A DNA stretch of 64,000 nt, from NCBI GenBank assembly GCA_018712985.1, contig DVGA01000048.1, forward strand, positions 2,576-66,575. The letters run 5' to 3'. Every line of letters begins with the position of its first letter. The first letter of the stretch is position 1. The notes under the pieces are model-generated. The model had not been told where the DNA came from. It made no database searches and saw nothing but the letters and a program-made list of their open reading frames with translations. The DNA is from Candidatus Scatomorpha intestinavium. Lineage in GTDB: Bacteria; Bacillota; Clostridia; Oscillospirales; Oscillospiraceae. The position numbers and the translations under genes were made by a program. Below are positions 1 through 10,688 of the stretch, piece by piece.

Positions 1-516
1 ACAGCTTCCACGCTGCGTGATTGCGCCGCGTGTTCCAGACCCTGGCGTGATTGTCCCGGCTTGAGGGCGTGTCGCGGTCGTCGAGCATCGGATAGAGGGG
101 GAACTGGTATTTGATGCAGTCGTTTCCCCTGTCGCGCGCGAGCATGCAGAGCGCAGCGCAGAGCCCGCCGCCCGCGCTCTCGCCGCCCGCCATCAACAGC
201 CCGGGGTTGAAGCCCGTTTCATATGCGTGCCCCCTGAACCAGAGCAGGGAATTATAACAGTCCTCTATGGCCGCCGGGTACGGCTCACGCCACGAGAGCG
301 TGTAAGACGGCGCGCAGACCGTGACGCCGAACTTCTCCACAAGCGCTGAGGCCCTTGAAAAATACGCCATCTCCGCCATTCCGGTAGCGAAGCCCCCGCC
401 GTGTATCCAGAGCAGTCCCGCCGTCGTTTCCGGCGCGCGGGCGTTTTCCTCCGGGCGCAGGACAAGCAGGCTTATCCTGCGCCCGCGGCTTTCAATATGA
501 TATCTTTCGGTTTTCA
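1..516 (-). CDS. alpha/beta hydrolase (esterase/lipase type); 3' end runs off the window
   Basis: Hand translation of the minus strand from ATG 516-514 gives MKTERYHIESRGRRISLLVLRPEE..LLWIHGGGFATG..GESAGGGL. It has an HGGG oxyanion-hole motif and a GxSxG nucleophile motif. The frame is open to position 1, so it is absent from the closed-ORF track. Confidence 0.7.
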
Positions 517-3500
517 TCAGAACAGCGTCATCTGGCTCTCGTCCGGCATGTCGCCGAGCGCGCCGAGATCCCTGAGCTGCTCCACGTGCGCGCGGCTGAC
601 CTTGGGGCAGGACACGGAGAGCTCCTCGACGGAGACGAAGCGGCGGCCGCCCTCCCGGCAGGCCATCAGGTCCGCCGCGGCGGCGGCGCCGAGGCCGGAT
701 ATCGCCACGAAAGGCGGGCGGAGCTGCCGGTCGCCCACGCGGAGGAAATACACCGCGTCGCACTCATAGAGATCCATGGGGGCGAAGGAAAAGCCGCGGC
801 AGTAGAACTCGTACACCGACTCGAGCGTAGTCAAAAGCTCCTCTTCCTTCTGTGTGGCGTCCGCCTTGCTGCGTATCTCGTTTATTTTCCGGCGCACGAA
901 ATCGCGGCCCTTTACCATCAGCGCGGCGTCGAAGGCGTCCTTCTGGCTGCGGCGGTAGAAATAAGCGCTGTAGAACTCAAGCGGGTGGTGGACCTTGAAA
1001 TAGGCTATCCTGAAGGCCATCATGACATAGGCCACCGCGTGCGCCTTCGGGAAGAGGTACTTTATCTTCCGGCATGAGCCGATGTACCAGTCCGGGATTC
1101 CCGCGTCCTTCATCTCCTGCTCCGCCCCGTCGGGCAGGCCCCTGCCCTTGCGGACGGACTCCATTATCTTAAAGCTTCGCTTGGGGTCCATGCCCTTGGA
1201 GATGAGGTAGAGCATGATGTCGTCGCGGCAGCCTATCGTGTCCTTGACCGTGGCGGTGCCGGACATTATCAGGTCCTTCGCGTTGCCCAGCCACACGTCG
1301 GTGCCGTGGCTGTAGCCGGAAAGGCGCACGAGTATGTCGAACTGCTCGGGCTGCGTGTCCACGAGCATCTGGCGCGTGAAGCCGGTGCCGAACTCGGGTA
1401 TGCCGATTGTCCCGGTTTTGCCGATTATCGGGTCGTCGTCCGTGAGGCCCAGCGGCTCCGGGCTTTTGAAAATGCGCCGCGTCTCCGGGTCGTCCAACGG
1501 TATTGTCCGAACGTCCACGCCCGTCATGTCCTGGAGCATCTTGAGCATGGTCGGGTCATCGTGGCCGAGCTCGTCTAACTTGAGCAGGTTGGCCTCCATG
1601 CTGTGGTATTCAAAATGTGTCGTGATTATCCCACTGCCCGGGTCGTCGGCCGGGTGCTGCACGGGGCAGAAGTCCTCCACCTCCATGTCCTGCGGTATGA
1701 CCACGAGCCCGCCGGGGTGCTGGCCCGTCGTGCGCTTAACGCCCACGAGGCCCATGGCGAGGCGGCTCTCCTCGGCCTTTGAGACCTTCATGCCGCGCTC
1801 TTCGAGGTATTTCAGCACATAGCCGTAGGCGGTTTTCTCGGCCAGGGTGCCGATCGTGCCGGCCCTGAACACATGGTCGCTGCCGAAGAGCTCTTCTGTG
1901 TACTTGTGCGCCTTGGCCTGGTACTCGCCGGAAAAATTCAGGTCGATATCCGGCACCTTGTCGCCGCCGAAGCCGAGGAAGGTCTCGAAGGGTATGTCGA
2001 AGCCCTCCTTGCGCATCTTTGTCCCGCACTCCGGGCAGGCGGCGTCCGGCATGTCCGCGCCGCAGCCGTAGCCCTTGCCGGCTTCGAAGTCCGTGTGGTG
2101 GCACTTGGGGCAGACGTAGTGCGGCGGCAGGCTGTTCACCTCCGTGATGCCGGAGAGATAGGCCACGATGCTCGAGCCCACGCTGCCGCGGCTGCCGACA
2201 AGGTAGCCGTGCGCGTTCGAGTCCGCGACCAGCTTCTGCGCGGACATGTATATCACGTCGTAGTGGCGCGAGAGGATGTCGTGCAGCTCGGTCTCCACGC
2301 GCTCGGTGACTATCTGCGGCGGGTTTTCGCCGTAAATCTCGTGCATTTTCCCATAGACGAGGTCCTTGAGCTGCCCGTCCGAGTTTTCTATCTTCGGCGG
2401 GAAGAGCCCGTCCGGCAGCAGCTGTATGTCCTCGCACATGTCCGCTATGGCGTTGGGGTTTTTTACAACGGCCTCGTAGCACTCCCGCTTGCCGAGATAG
2501 GCGAACTCCTCCATCATCTCATCCGTTGTGCGGAAATACAGCGGGTTTTCGCGGTCGGCGTCCGAGAATTTCTTGGCCGCCAGCAGTATCCGGCGGTAGA
2601 TCTCGTCCTTCGCGTCGAGGAAATGCACGTCCCCCGTGGCGACAAAGGGCTTTTCGAGCTCGTGCGCCAGGCGCACGATGCGCCGGTTCAGGTCCCGCAG
2701 GGCGTCCTCGTCCCTCACGGTGCCGTTTTCCACCAGGAAGCGGTTGTTGGCGAGGGGCATTATCTCAAAGTAGTCGTAGAAGGAGGCTATGCGTCTGAGC
2801 TCCTGCGGCTGCGCGCCGCGCAGCACGGCGTCGAACACCTCGCCCGCCTCGCAGGCGGAGCCTATCAGCAGCCCCTCGCGGTGCTGCTCGAGCAGGCTCC
2901 GCGGGATTATTGGGTTGCGCTGGTAGTGCTTCAGATAGCTGGCCGAGATGAGCTTGTAGAGGTTTTTCAGCCCCGTCTTGTTGCGCACGAGCAGGCAGAT
3001 ATGTCTCACGCGCCGGTGCTCGCCCCCGCGCAGGCGGCTGAGCGCTCCGTCAATGTCGCAGACGCGCTGCACGCCCTGCTCCTTGAGCATGGGTATGAAG
3101 CGCCCCATCATGCGCGCGACCACCTCGGCGTCGTCAAACGCGCGGTGGTGGTTGAATTCCGGCAGCCCGAGGTGCTTTGACACTATGTCCAGCTTGTGCC
3201 GCCTCAGCTCCGGCAGCAGCCGGCGGGACATGGACAGCGTGTCGAGCACTACGGGGTTGAAGGCTATGCCGTGCCTTGCGCAGGCCGCGGCCATGAACCC
3301 CGTATCGAAGCCCGCGTTGTGCGCAACTATGGGCCTGCCGCCCACGAAGTCGAGGAAGGCCCTCATGGCCTCCGCCTCGCCGGGCGCGCCGGCCACGTCG
3401 CTGTCGCGTATGCCGGTAAGCTCGGTGATATTCGGCGGGATCGGCATCCCGGGGTCCACAAAGGTGCTGAATTTCTCCCCGATCTGCCCGTTTTTGAATA

Positions 3501-4485
3501 TTACGGCGCCTATTTCGGTCAGGCGGTCCGTCTCGGCGGAGAGGCCCGTGGTCTCCACGTCGAAGGCGACGAATTCGGTGTCCAGCCCCTCGTCGCACGC
3601 GCCGCGGACGGCCGGGCTCTCCTCCACGTCGTTTATGTAATAGCCCTCGAGGCCGTAGATGACCTTTATCCCGGCCTTTTTCGCGGCCTTGCTCATCTCC
3701 GGGAAGGCCTGCGCCGAGCCGTGGTCAGTGACGGCTATGGCCCTGTGGCCCCACTTCGCCGCCCGCTCCACGGCCTTCGCCGGGTCGCAGAGCGCGTCGA
3801 GCGTGGAGTAGCGCGTGTGGAGATGCAGCTCCACGCGCTTTTCCTCCGCCGTGTCCGGCCTCGGCTCGAACTTGCCGAGCTGGATGCTCAGCGGCTCTAT
3901 CACCATGTCGTTGTCGAACTTGTTGTATGTCACCCGCCCGCGCACCGTCAGATACTGCCCGGGCTTTATGGACTTCAGGCTGACGAGGGAGGCGGCATCC
4001 GTCGTGGCGTCGAAGAATTTAGAAACACGGACGCTGCCGGTGTAGTCCGTCATGTCGAAGCAGATGACCGTGGCCCCTCGCTTTTGTATCTCGCGGTTGT
4101 TCACGGCGAACACCTCGCCACGGATGACCACCGTGCCGCTCTCGAGCGTGAGCGAGGACATCTCCACGCACTTGGGGTCCTTCAGCGCGCGGCCGTAGAG
4201 CAGCCTTTCGCCGCCGGCGGGGCCGTTTGTTGCGCCCTTTCGCTCCTCCTCGGGGAAGCTGACCACTATTACGACGGTCGAGAGGCCGTACTGGTCCCTC
4301 AGGCTGTCGGCCACATGGCTGACCTCCGCAGGGGCCGGGCGCGCGGGGAAATCGGCCTCCACCTCCATCGTCCCGGCCGAGGTGTTCACCCGCACCTGGC
4401 TTACAACGGCGCGGTCAAGCCCCCCGCAGCTCGCCTTCAGCGGCTCGCAGCCGGGGAACATCTCCAGAAAAGGCACCCCGCTCAT
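517..4485 (-). CDS. polC: DNA polymerase III PolC-type (Gram-positive replicative polymerase)
   Basis: 1322-aa ORF with a PHP domain (LHLHTRYSTLDA), an inserted DnaQ-like exonuclease (FVAFDVETTGL, HNAGFD, HRAFDDAE), a Zn finger (CPKCHH..CPECG) and a pol III alpha core. Confidence 0.95.
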   Translation of the reverse strand: MSGVPFLEMFPGCEPLKASCGGLDRAVVSQVRVNTSAGTMEVEADFPARPAPAEVSHVADSLRDQYGLSTVVIVVSFPEEERKGATNGPAGGERLLYGRALKDPKCVEMSSLTLESGTVVIRGEVFAVNNREIQKRGATVICFDMTDYTGSVRVSKFFDATTDAASLVSLKSIKPGQYLTVRGRVTYNKFDNDMVIEPLSIQLGKFEPRPDTAEEKRVELHLHTRYSTLDALCDPAKAVERAAKWGHRAIAVTDHGSAQAFPEMSKAAKKAGIKVIYGLEGYYINDVEESPAVRGACDEGLDTEFVAFDVETTGLSAETDRLTEIGAVIFKNGQIGEKFSTFVDPGMPIPPNITELTGIRDSDVAGAPGEAEAMRAFLDFVGGRPIVAHNAGFDTGFMAAACARHGIAFNPVVLDTLSMSRRLLPELRRHKLDIVSKHLGLPEFNHHRAFDDAEVVARMMGRFIPMLKEQGVQRVCDIDGALSRLRGGEHRRVRHICLLVRNKTGLKNLYKLISASYLKHYQRNPIIPRSLLEQHREGLLIGSACEAGEVFDAVLRGAQPQELRRIASFYDYFEIMPLANNRFLVENGTVRDEDALRDLNRRIVRLAHELEKPFVATGDVHFLDAKDEIYRRILLAAKKFSDADRENPLYFRTTDEMMEEFAYLGKRECYEAVVKNPNAIADMCEDIQLLPDGLFPPKIENSDGQLKDLVYGKMHEIYGENPPQIVTERVETELHDILSRHYDVIYMSAQKLVADSNAHGYLVGSRGSVGSSIVAYLSGITEVNSLPPHYVCPKCHHTDFEAGKGYGCGADMPDAACPECGTKMRKEGFDIPFETFLGFGGDKVPDIDLNFSGEYQAKAHKYTEELFGSDHVFRAGTIGTLAEKTAYGYVLKYLEERGMKVSKAEESRLAMGLVGVKRTTGQHPGGLVVIPQDMEVEDFCPVQHPADDPGSGIITTHFEYHSMEANLLKLDELGHDDPTMLKMLQDMTGVDVRTIPLDDPETRRIFKSPEPLGLTDDDPIIGKTGTIGIPEFGTGFTRQMLVDTQPEQFDILVRLSGYSHGTDVWLGNAKDLIMSGTATVKDTIGCRDDIMLYLISKGMDPKRSFKIMESVRKGRGLPDGAEQEMKDAGIPDWYIGSCRKIKYLFPKAHAVAYVMMAFRIAYFKVHHPLEFYSAYFYRRSQKDAFDAALMVKGRDFVRRKINEIRSKADATQKEEELLTTLESVYEFYCRGFSFAPMDLYECDAVYFLRVGDRQLRPPFVAISGLGAAAAADLMACREGGRRFVSVEELSVSCPKVSRAHVEQLRDLGALGDMPDESQMTLF

Positions 4486-5540
4486 CGGCGCGCCTCGCTC
4501 TCTATCAGCTCAAGGAGCGCGTCGCAGAGCCGCTCCTCGCTCACCCTGCCTATTATCTCGCCCTTTTTGAAGAGCAGCCCGCAGCCGCGGCCGCCCGCGA
4601 TGCCGTAGTCGGCCTCCCGCGCCTCGCCCGGGCCGTTCACCACGCAGCCCATGACGGCCACGGTGATGTCCCGCTCAACGCCGGCAAGGCGGCGCTCCAC
4701 CTCGTGCGCAAGGGCGATGAGGTCGATCTCCGTCCTGCCGCAGGTGGGGCAGGAGACGAGCCGGACGCCCCCGCGCCTGAGCCCCGCGGCCTTGAGTATG
4801 GCGATCCCCGCGCGCACCTCCTCCACCGGGTCCGCGGTGAGGGAGACGCGGATCGTGTCGCCTATCCCCTCCATAAGCAGCGTGCCTATGCCGACGGCGG
4901 AGCGGATGATACCCTCGTAGGCCGTCCCCGTCTCCGTCACGCCGAGGTGCAGCGGATACGGCAGCTCCTCCGCCGCGAGGCGGTAGGCTGCGACGGTCAT
5001 TTCCGGGGAGGACGCCTTCAGCGAAAGGCAGATGTCGTCAAATCCGCAGTCGTTCAGCAGCCTTATGTGCCCCCTGGCGGACTCGAGCATGGCCTCCGGC
5101 GTGGGGTGGCCGTATTTTTCGAGCAGCGGCTTTTCAAGACTGCCGCCGTTCACCCCTATGCGTATGGGTATGCCCCGCGCGGCGCACGCCTTAGCCACGG
5201 CCTCGACCCTTTCGCGCGAACCTATATTTCCGGGGTTTATGCGTATCTTGTCGATCCCGCGCGCCGCCGCCTCGAGCGCGAGGCGGTAGTCGAAGTGTAT
5301 GTCCGCCACGAGCGGGACGCTCACGCGCGCCTTTATCTCCGAAATCGCCCTTGCGGCGTCCATATCCGGCACGGCGAGGCGCACGATGTCGCAGCCCGCG
5401 GCGGCAAGGCGCCCTATCTGCGCGCAGGTGGCCTCCACGTCCGAGGTGCGGGTGTTGCACATCGACTGCACCGAAACGCCGGCGCCGCCCCCCACGGCGG
5501 CGCCTCCTACCATTATGCGCTTTGTGTTCTCTCTCTTCAT
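4482..5540 (-). CDS. ispG: 4-hydroxy-3-methylbut-2-en-1-yl diphosphate synthase
   Basis: 352 aa with GcpE-type sequence (VQSMCNT; C-terminal CPTCGR..GCVVNGPGE Fe-S ligands). It overlaps the polC start by 4 nt. Confidence 0.95.
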   Translation of the reverse strand: MKRENTKRIMVGGAAVGGGAGVSVQSMCNTRTSDVEATCAQIGRLAAAGCDIVRLAVPDMDAARAISEIKARVSVPLVADIHFDYRLALEAAARGIDKIRINPGNIGSRERVEAVAKACAARGIPIRIGVNGGSLEKPLLEKYGHPTPEAMLESARGHIRLLNDCGFDDICLSLKASSPEMTVAAYRLAAEELPYPLHLGVTETGTAYEGIIRSAVGIGTLLMEGIGDTIRVSLTADPVEEVRAGIAILKAAGLRRGGVRLVSCPTCGRTEIDLIALAHEVERRLAGVERDITVAVMGCVVNGPGEAREADYGIAGGRGCGLLFKKGEIIGRVSEERLCDALLELIESEARR

Positions 5541-6592
5541 GACACAACTATCCTTGCTATATCGTTATACATCACAACCGCCATCAGCGCGAGCATCAGC
5601 ACCAGCCCGCCCGCGTGGACATAGCCCTCGTACTTTGCGGGTATCCTGCGGCGGGACACGAGGTAGACGAACCCGTTGATCAGCACGAACAGCACCCTTC
5701 CGCCGTCCAGCGCCGGGATGGGCAGCATGTTCATAACGGCGAGGTTCACGGCGATATACGCGCCGAGATAGGCTATCTCCGTCAGCGCCGCGCCGAAGCC
5801 GCGCTCGGCGGCCACCTCGGTGCCCACGTCGTTTATCATGTCGACTATGCCGACGACGCCGGAGAGCTGGTCTATGCCCACCACACCAGCGACCAGGTCC
5901 GTCAGCGCGAGATAGACGCTGCGCACATAGTCCTGCACGGAATACCAGGTGTTTTTGAGCACGGAGCCCACGGTTGCCGGCTCCACGGCGAAGGTAAGCC
6001 CGTAGCTCGTCGTACCGTCCTCATACTCCACCGGCACGAACTCGAAGTCCTTCAGCTCCACCTTTTCCCCGTCCCTTATCACGACGATGTCGTAAACCCC
6101 GTCGCCCCGGGAGAGGAAGGTGGACACATTGCTCATGAACCAGGTCCTGTGGCCGTCTATCGAGTATATCTCGTCCCCGGCCATCAGTGCCCCCTCGCCC
6201 TCGTAGGGGCAGCCCTCGGCGAAGGAGTCGATGACCGGCGAATAGAAGCCCGCCGCCTGGACGTAGACGATGAGCACGAGCAGGAAGCCGAGCAGGAAGT
6301 TCATGAAGCTGCCGGCGCAGAGCACTATCAGCCGCTTCCAGGCCGGCTGGCGGGTGAAGGCCCTCGGGTCGTCCGTCTCCTCGTCCTCGCCCTCCATTGA
6401 GCAGTAGCCGCCTATCGGCAGGCAGCGCAGGGCGTACAGCGTCTCGCCTCTCTGCCGCTTGAAAAAGGCCGGGCCCATGCCAATCGAAAACTCGTTTACC
6501 TTCACGCCGAGCAGCTTCGCCGCGGCAAAGTGCCCGAATTCGTGCACCGCTATAAGCAGGCCGAAGAGAATAATTGCGAGGATAATATACAT
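5537..6592 (-). CDS. rseP: M50 site-2 (RIP) zinc metalloprotease RseP/RasP family
   Basis: 351 aa with HEFGH in the first TM helix, a central PDZ-like segment, and the C-terminal NMLPIPALDGG motif. Confidence 0.9.
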   Translation of the reverse strand: MYIILAIILFGLLIAVHEFGHFAAAKLLGVKVNEFSIGMGPAFFKRQRGETLYALRCLPIGGYCSMEGEDEETDDPRAFTRQPAWKRLIVLCAGSFMNFLLGFLLVLIVYVQAAGFYSPVIDSFAEGCPYEGEGALMAGDEIYSIDGHRTWFMSNVSTFLSRGDGVYDIVVIRDGEKVELKDFEFVPVEYEDGTTSYGLTFAVEPATVGSVLKNTWYSVQDYVRSVYLALTDLVAGVVGIDQLSGVVGIVDMINDVGTEVAAERGFGAALTEIAYLGAYIAVNLAVMNMLPIPALDGGRVLFVLINGFVYLVSRRRIPAKYEGYVHAGGLVLMLALMAVVMYNDIARIVVS

Positions 6593-7737
6593 CAGTCAAT
6601 GCGCTCCCTGACAAATCTCCGCCCGGCCTCGTCCGCCGCAAGCAGCTCGCCGAGCGTGGGGTCGGCCGTGAAGCCGCAGCCGTCAACCGCTGCGGCCACA
6701 CGGTCGTATATCTCATTATACCCTATCCGCCCGCGCAAAAATGCCGCCACCGCGGCCTCGTTCGCCGCGGACATTACGGCCGGCGCAGTTCCGCCGCGCT
6801 TCGCGCAGCTCACCGCGAGGGCAAGGCAGGGCGTGTTTTCCATATCAGGCGCCTCGAAGGTCAGCTTCCCGACGGCCGCAAGGCTTATGGGCTCCGCCTG
6901 CGAGGCGCATCGCTCGGGATAGGTCACGGCGTACTGTATCGGCACACGCATGTCCGCCGGCCCGAGCTGGGCGAGTATGCTCCCGTCGCGGAACTCCACG
7001 GCGGAGTGGACTATGCTCTCCGGATGGACGACGATCTCAATGTCCTCCGCCGGGGCGGAAAAGAGGTGCATGGCCTCGATGAGCTCGAGGCCCTTGTTCA
7101 TCATCGTGGCCGAATCGACGCTTATTTTCGCGCCCATCGACCAGTTCGGGTGCCGGACGGCCATTTCCGGCGTTACGGAGGCGGTCTGCTGCCGCGTCCA
7201 GCCGCGGAAGGGGCCGCCGGAGGCGGTGAGTATCAGCTTTTTCATGTCCCCCGGCCGGCGGTAGAGGCACTCGTGTATGGCGGAGTGCTCGCTGTCCACG
7301 GGGATCAGCAGCGTACCCTTTTCGCGCACGCGGCGCATCACGATGCTCCCGCCGCAGACCAGCGTCTCCTTGTTGGCGAGGGCAATCTCCTTCCCGGCGT
7401 CTATCGCCGCGAGCGTGGGCGCAAGGCCGACAGAGCCGGACACGGCCACCATCACGCGCTGCACGCCCTCGCGGCAGGCCGCGAGGATCAGCCCCTCGTC
7501 CCCCGGGGGGCCGGCCTCTATCCCCGTGCCCTCGAGCAGCTCCTTCAGCTTAGCCGCGGCCTCCGCGTCGTAGGCCGCGGCGTATTCCGCGCCGCACTCC
7601 ACGGCCTGAGCTGCCAGCATTTCGGCGCTGCTGTGCGCCGTCAGCGCGGCCACCCGTATGCCAAGGAAGCGGCAGACGTCGAAAGTCTGCCGCCCTATGC
7701 TCCCGGTGGAGCCGAGTATGGCCATTGTGGGCTTCAT
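6592..7737 (-). CDS. dxr: 1-deoxy-D-xylulose 5-phosphate reductoisomerase
   Basis: Has the AILGSTGSIG NADPH motif and full-length Dxr similarity. I moved the start to ATG 7737 behind GAGGTGAGG, because the track ORF starts at the GTG inside that SD. Confidence 0.93.
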   Translation of the reverse strand: MKPTMAILGSTGSIGRQTFDVCRFLGIRVAALTAHSSAEMLAAQAVECGAEYAAAYDAEAAAKLKELLEGTGIEAGPPGDEGLILAACREGVQRVMVAVSGSVGLAPTLAAIDAGKEIALANKETLVCGGSIVMRRVREKGTLLIPVDSEHSAIHECLYRRPGDMKKLILTASGGPFRGWTRQQTASVTPEMAVRHPNWSMGAKISVDSATMMNKGLELIEAMHLFSAPAEDIEIVVHPESIVHSAVEFRDGSILAQLGPADMRVPIQYAVTYPERCASQAEPISLAAVGKLTFEAPDMENTPCLALAVSCAKRGGTAPAVMSAANEAAVAAFLRGRIGYNEIYDRVAAAVDGCGFTADPTLGELLAADEAGRRFVRERID

Positions 7738-7747
7738 TTGCCTCACC

Positions 7748-8557
7748 TCAGTTGAAAAGCAGTGTCAAAATCAGGTAATAAGCCGGCGCCACGAAGAGGA
7801 CGCTGTCGAACCTGTCGAGCACGCCCCCGTGCTCGAGGAACAGATGCCCGTAGTCCTTTATCCCGAACTCCCGCTTTATTACGGAGAAGCTCAGATCGCC
7901 AATCTGCCCGAGCAGGCTGCCCGCGAGGCCCAGCAGCACCGCCGCGAATACGCCTATGTCCAGCCTCACGGCCGCCCTGGCCGCGAAGTGGAAAACGAGC
8001 ATTCCGATTACGGAGCCGGCAAAGCCGCCTATACTGCCCTCGACCGTCTTGTGCGGGCTGACGGCGGGGGCCAGCTTGTGCTTTCCGAACGCGCGCCCCG
8101 CGAAAAACGCCCCCGTGTCGCTCATGAACGCGCCGATGAACGGCGTGAGCGCCAGCGCGGCGGACGCCTCACGCAGCAGCGCGAGGCAGGCAAAGGCCGC
8201 GGGCAGCAGCACGCCGGAGAACACCGCCGCCATTGCGGTGGCGAAGCTCACGCTGCGCTCCCGCCCGTGCGTTATCACCGCGGCGGTGAATACGAGCACA
8301 ACGGAGACGAAAATTAGTGCCCCGTCAAATTCGCCCGTGTCCCACGTGTCCGCGAAGGCGAGGGTGTTCACAAACGCGAACACGGGCATGAAGCAGAGCA
8401 TTTTCCACTCCGTCCCGCCCGCGGCGCGCATCAGCTCATAGCAGCCCACCGCGGCGAGCGCCGCCGCGAGCAGCGCCGTGGCCCACGCCGGGGCGAGCAG
8501 CAGCACGGCGAGGAGGAGCGGCACGCCTATCGCCGCGACAAGCAGCCTCTGCTTCAT
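7748..8557 (-). CDS. cdsA: phosphatidate cytidylyltransferase
   Basis: 269-aa polytopic protein with the C-terminal CDS signature SVIKREFGIKDYGHLFLEHGGVLDRFDS. Confidence 0.9.
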   Translation of the reverse strand: MKQRLLVAAIGVPLLLAVLLLAPAWATALLAAALAAVGCYELMRAAGGTEWKMLCFMPVFAFVNTLAFADTWDTGEFDGALIFVSVVLVFTAAVITHGRERSVSFATAMAAVFSGVLLPAAFACLALLREASAALALTPFIGAFMSDTGAFFAGRAFGKHKLAPAVSPHKTVEGSIGGFAGSVIGMLVFHFAARAAVRLDIGVFAAVLLGLAGSLLGQIGDLSFSVIKREFGIKDYGHLFLEHGGVLDRFDSVLFVAPAYYLILTLLFN

Positions 8558-9330
8558 TTTTTAATACCCCCAAACCTTCTGTCCCGCCGGTTGAATTCAG
8601 CCACGGCGGCGTCTATATCCGCCGGAGTGAAGTCCGGCCACAGCACGTCCGTAAAATAGAGCTCGGAATACGCGCTCTCCCACATCAGGAAGTTTGAAAG
8701 GCGCATCTCGCCCCCCGGCCTTATGACGAGGTCGGGGTCGGGTATGCCCGCCGAGAACATATAGCCGGAGAAGAGCTCCTCCGTCAGCTGCCCGGCGGCG
8801 CCGGACCTGTAGTCCTCCGCGTAGCGCATGGCGGCCCGGACGATCTCGTCCCTGCCGCCGTAGTTGATGCAGACATTAGCCTGGAAGCCCTCGTACCTCC
8901 CGGAAATCTCCGCCGTCTCGTCGATCAGCGCGCGCAGCTCGTCGGAGAGCATGGCCGGGTCGCCGAGTATCTTCAGCCGGATGTGGTCGCGCTCCATCGT
9001 CTCGACGCTCTCGCGCAAATATTTGCCGAGGAGGTCCATTATGGCCTCCACCTCCTGCCGCGGGCGCTTCCAGTTCTCCGTGGAAAAGGCGTACACGGTG
9101 AGGTACTCCACGCCGATATCCCGGCAGTAGGTGGCGATCTGGCGGAAGGTCTCCGCCCCGGCGGCGTGCCCCGCCGTCCGCGGCAGGCCGCGGCGAGAGG
9201 CCCAGCGGCCGTTTCCGTCGAGGATTATGGCTATGTGCCGCGGAGGATCCGCCGGAGGCGCTTCGCCGCGCGCCCTTTTCGCGCGCGCGGCGGCGCGGCG
9301 GGCGAAAAGCCAGCTTGTCAGCGCGTTCAT
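8554..9330 (-). CDS. uppS: undecaprenyl diphosphate synthase (cis-isoprenyl transferase)
   Basis: Contains HIAIILDGNGRWA and other cis-IPPS motifs. It sits in the conserved frr-uppS-cdsA-dxr-rseP order. Confidence 0.95.
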   Translation of the reverse strand: MNALTSWLFARRAAARAKRARGEAPPADPPRHIAIILDGNGRWASRRGLPRTAGHAAGAETFRQIATYCRDIGVEYLTVYAFSTENWKRPRQEVEAIMDLLGKYLRESVETMERDHIRLKILGDPAMLSDELRALIDETAEISGRYEGFQANVCINYGGRDEIVRAAMRYAEDYRSGAAGQLTEELFSGYMFSAGIPDPDLVIRPGGEMRLSNFLMWESAYSELYFTDVLWPDFTPADIDAAVAEFNRRDRRFGGIKK

Positions 9331-9331
9331 G

Positions 9332-9886
9332 TCAGATCTCGAAGAGCTCTTTTTCCTTTTTCTCGGCGACCTTGTCTATCTCCTTGATATAGTCGTCGGT
9401 GAGCTTCTGGAGGTCCTTTTCGGCGATCTTCTGGTCGTCCTCGGTCATCTCGCCGGCCTTTTTCTGGGCCTTGAACTTGTCCATCGCGTCGCGCCGGACG
9501 TTGCGGACGGCGACCTTGGCGTCCTCGGCGTATTTTTTGACCTGCTTCACGAGCTCCTTGCGGCGCTCCTCGGTGAGCTGGGGGAACACGAGGCGTATCG
9601 TCCGCCCGTCGTTTTGCGGGTTTATGCCGAGGTCGGAGGCCAGTATGGCCTTCTCGATGCTCTTGAGCGTGGAGGTGTCCCAGGGCTGTATCAGCAGGCT
9701 GCGCGGGTCCGGGGTGGATATGGTGGCGATCTGCTGTATGGGCGTGGGCGTGCCGTAATAGTCGACCTGTATCTGGTCGAGCACGGCGGCGTTGGCCCTG
9801 CCGGCCCTGACGGAGGCGAAGCTCACGCCGAGCAGCTCCACGGTTTTCTTCATTTTGCCTTCAAATTCTTCATATCCCTTGGCCAT
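9332..9886 (-). CDS. frr: ribosome recycling factor
   Basis: 184 aa with full-length RRF similarity ([28 protein letters not shown]). Confidence 0.95.
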   Translation of the reverse strand: MAKGYEEFEGKMKKTVELLGVSFASVRAGRANAAVLDQIQVDYYGTPTPIQQIATISTPDPRSLLIQPWDTSTLKSIEKAILASDLGINPQNDGRTIRLVFPQLTEERRKELVKQVKKYAEDAKVAVRNVRRDAMDKFKAQKKAGEMTEDDQKIAEKDLQKLTDDYIKEIDKVAEKKEKELFEI

Positions 9887-9900
9887 TTTCTTGTCCTCCT

Positions 9901-10620
9901 TTATTTTGTAACAACCGTGCCGACTTTCTCACCCATGACGGCGCGGACAATGTTCTCCGGGTCCTTCAGCGCGAAAACTATAACTGGGATGTCGTTGTCC
10001 ATGGAAAGGCTCGTGGCCGTCGAGTCCATGACGGCCAGGTGCTGCATGAGCACCTCGTCGTAAGTTATCGCGTCGTATTTAACAGCGGAATCGTCGATTT
10101 TGGGGTCGGCGGAATAGACGCCGTCTATATTTTTGGCGAGCAGTATGGCGTCCGCCCCGATTTCCGCCGCACGAAGCACGGCGGCGGTGTCCGTGGAGAA
10201 GTACGGGCTGCCCGTTCCGCAGCCGAAGAGCACCACGCGCCCCTTTTCAAGGTGGTGCATCGCCCTCAGCCGGATGTAAGGCTCCGCTATCGGCTTCATC
10301 TCTATGGCCGTCTGCACTCGGACGTCGATGCCCTGCTGCTCCATTACGTCCGCCACGGCCAGGCAGTTCATGGCGGTTGCGAGCATACCCATGTGGTCGG
10401 CGCGGGTGCGCTCAATCTTGCCCTCGCCGTCCTTTACGCCGCGCCAGAAGTTGCCTCCGCCTATGACGACGCCCACCTGCACGCCTATTTCGGCGCACTT
10501 GCCCACGGCCCGGCTCACGTCGGAGATGACTTTGAAGTCCAGTCCGCTGTGCTTTTCCCCCGCGAGGGCCTCGCCGCTTATCTTGAGCAGCACGCGCTTA
10601 TACTTTGGCTTTGCCTCCAT
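9901..10620 (-). CDS. pyrH: UMP kinase
   Basis: Contains [12 protein letters not shown] and GGGNFWRG motifs. The start is set to ATG 10620 behind AAAGGGG; the track ORF begins 9 nt upstream at a GTG. Confidence 0.95.
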   Translation of the reverse strand: MEAKPKYKRVLLKISGEALAGEKHSGLDFKVISDVSRAVGKCAEIGVQVGVVIGGGNFWRGVKDGEGKIERTRADHMGMLATAMNCLAVADVMEQQGIDVRVQTAIEMKPIAEPYIRLRAMHHLEKGRVVLFGCGTGSPYFSTDTAAVLRAAEIGADAILLAKNIDGVYSADPKIDDSAVKYDAITYDEVLMQHLAVMDSTATSLSMDNDIPVIVFALKDPENIVRAVMGEKVGTVVTK

Positions 10621-10688
10621 TGGGTACACCCCTTTTTAGATTTTAATATATACCGCCGTGTATTAAAAGTGCTGAAATGTAAATTTTT

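Noticed and set aside
586-4608. Long plus-strand ORFs antisense to polC (for example 1873-3180, 435 aa; 3196-4608, 470 aa), and similar ones antisense to dnaE (54715-56799), the ATPase (46800-49151), secY (34567-36168) and the rapZ/murB region (59929-61956).
   Set aside because: They lie entirely inside well-supported genes on the other strand. Their products are Arg/Ala/Gly/His-rich low-complexity sequences without SDs. This is the expected stop-codon depletion of antisense frames in ~65% GC DNA.
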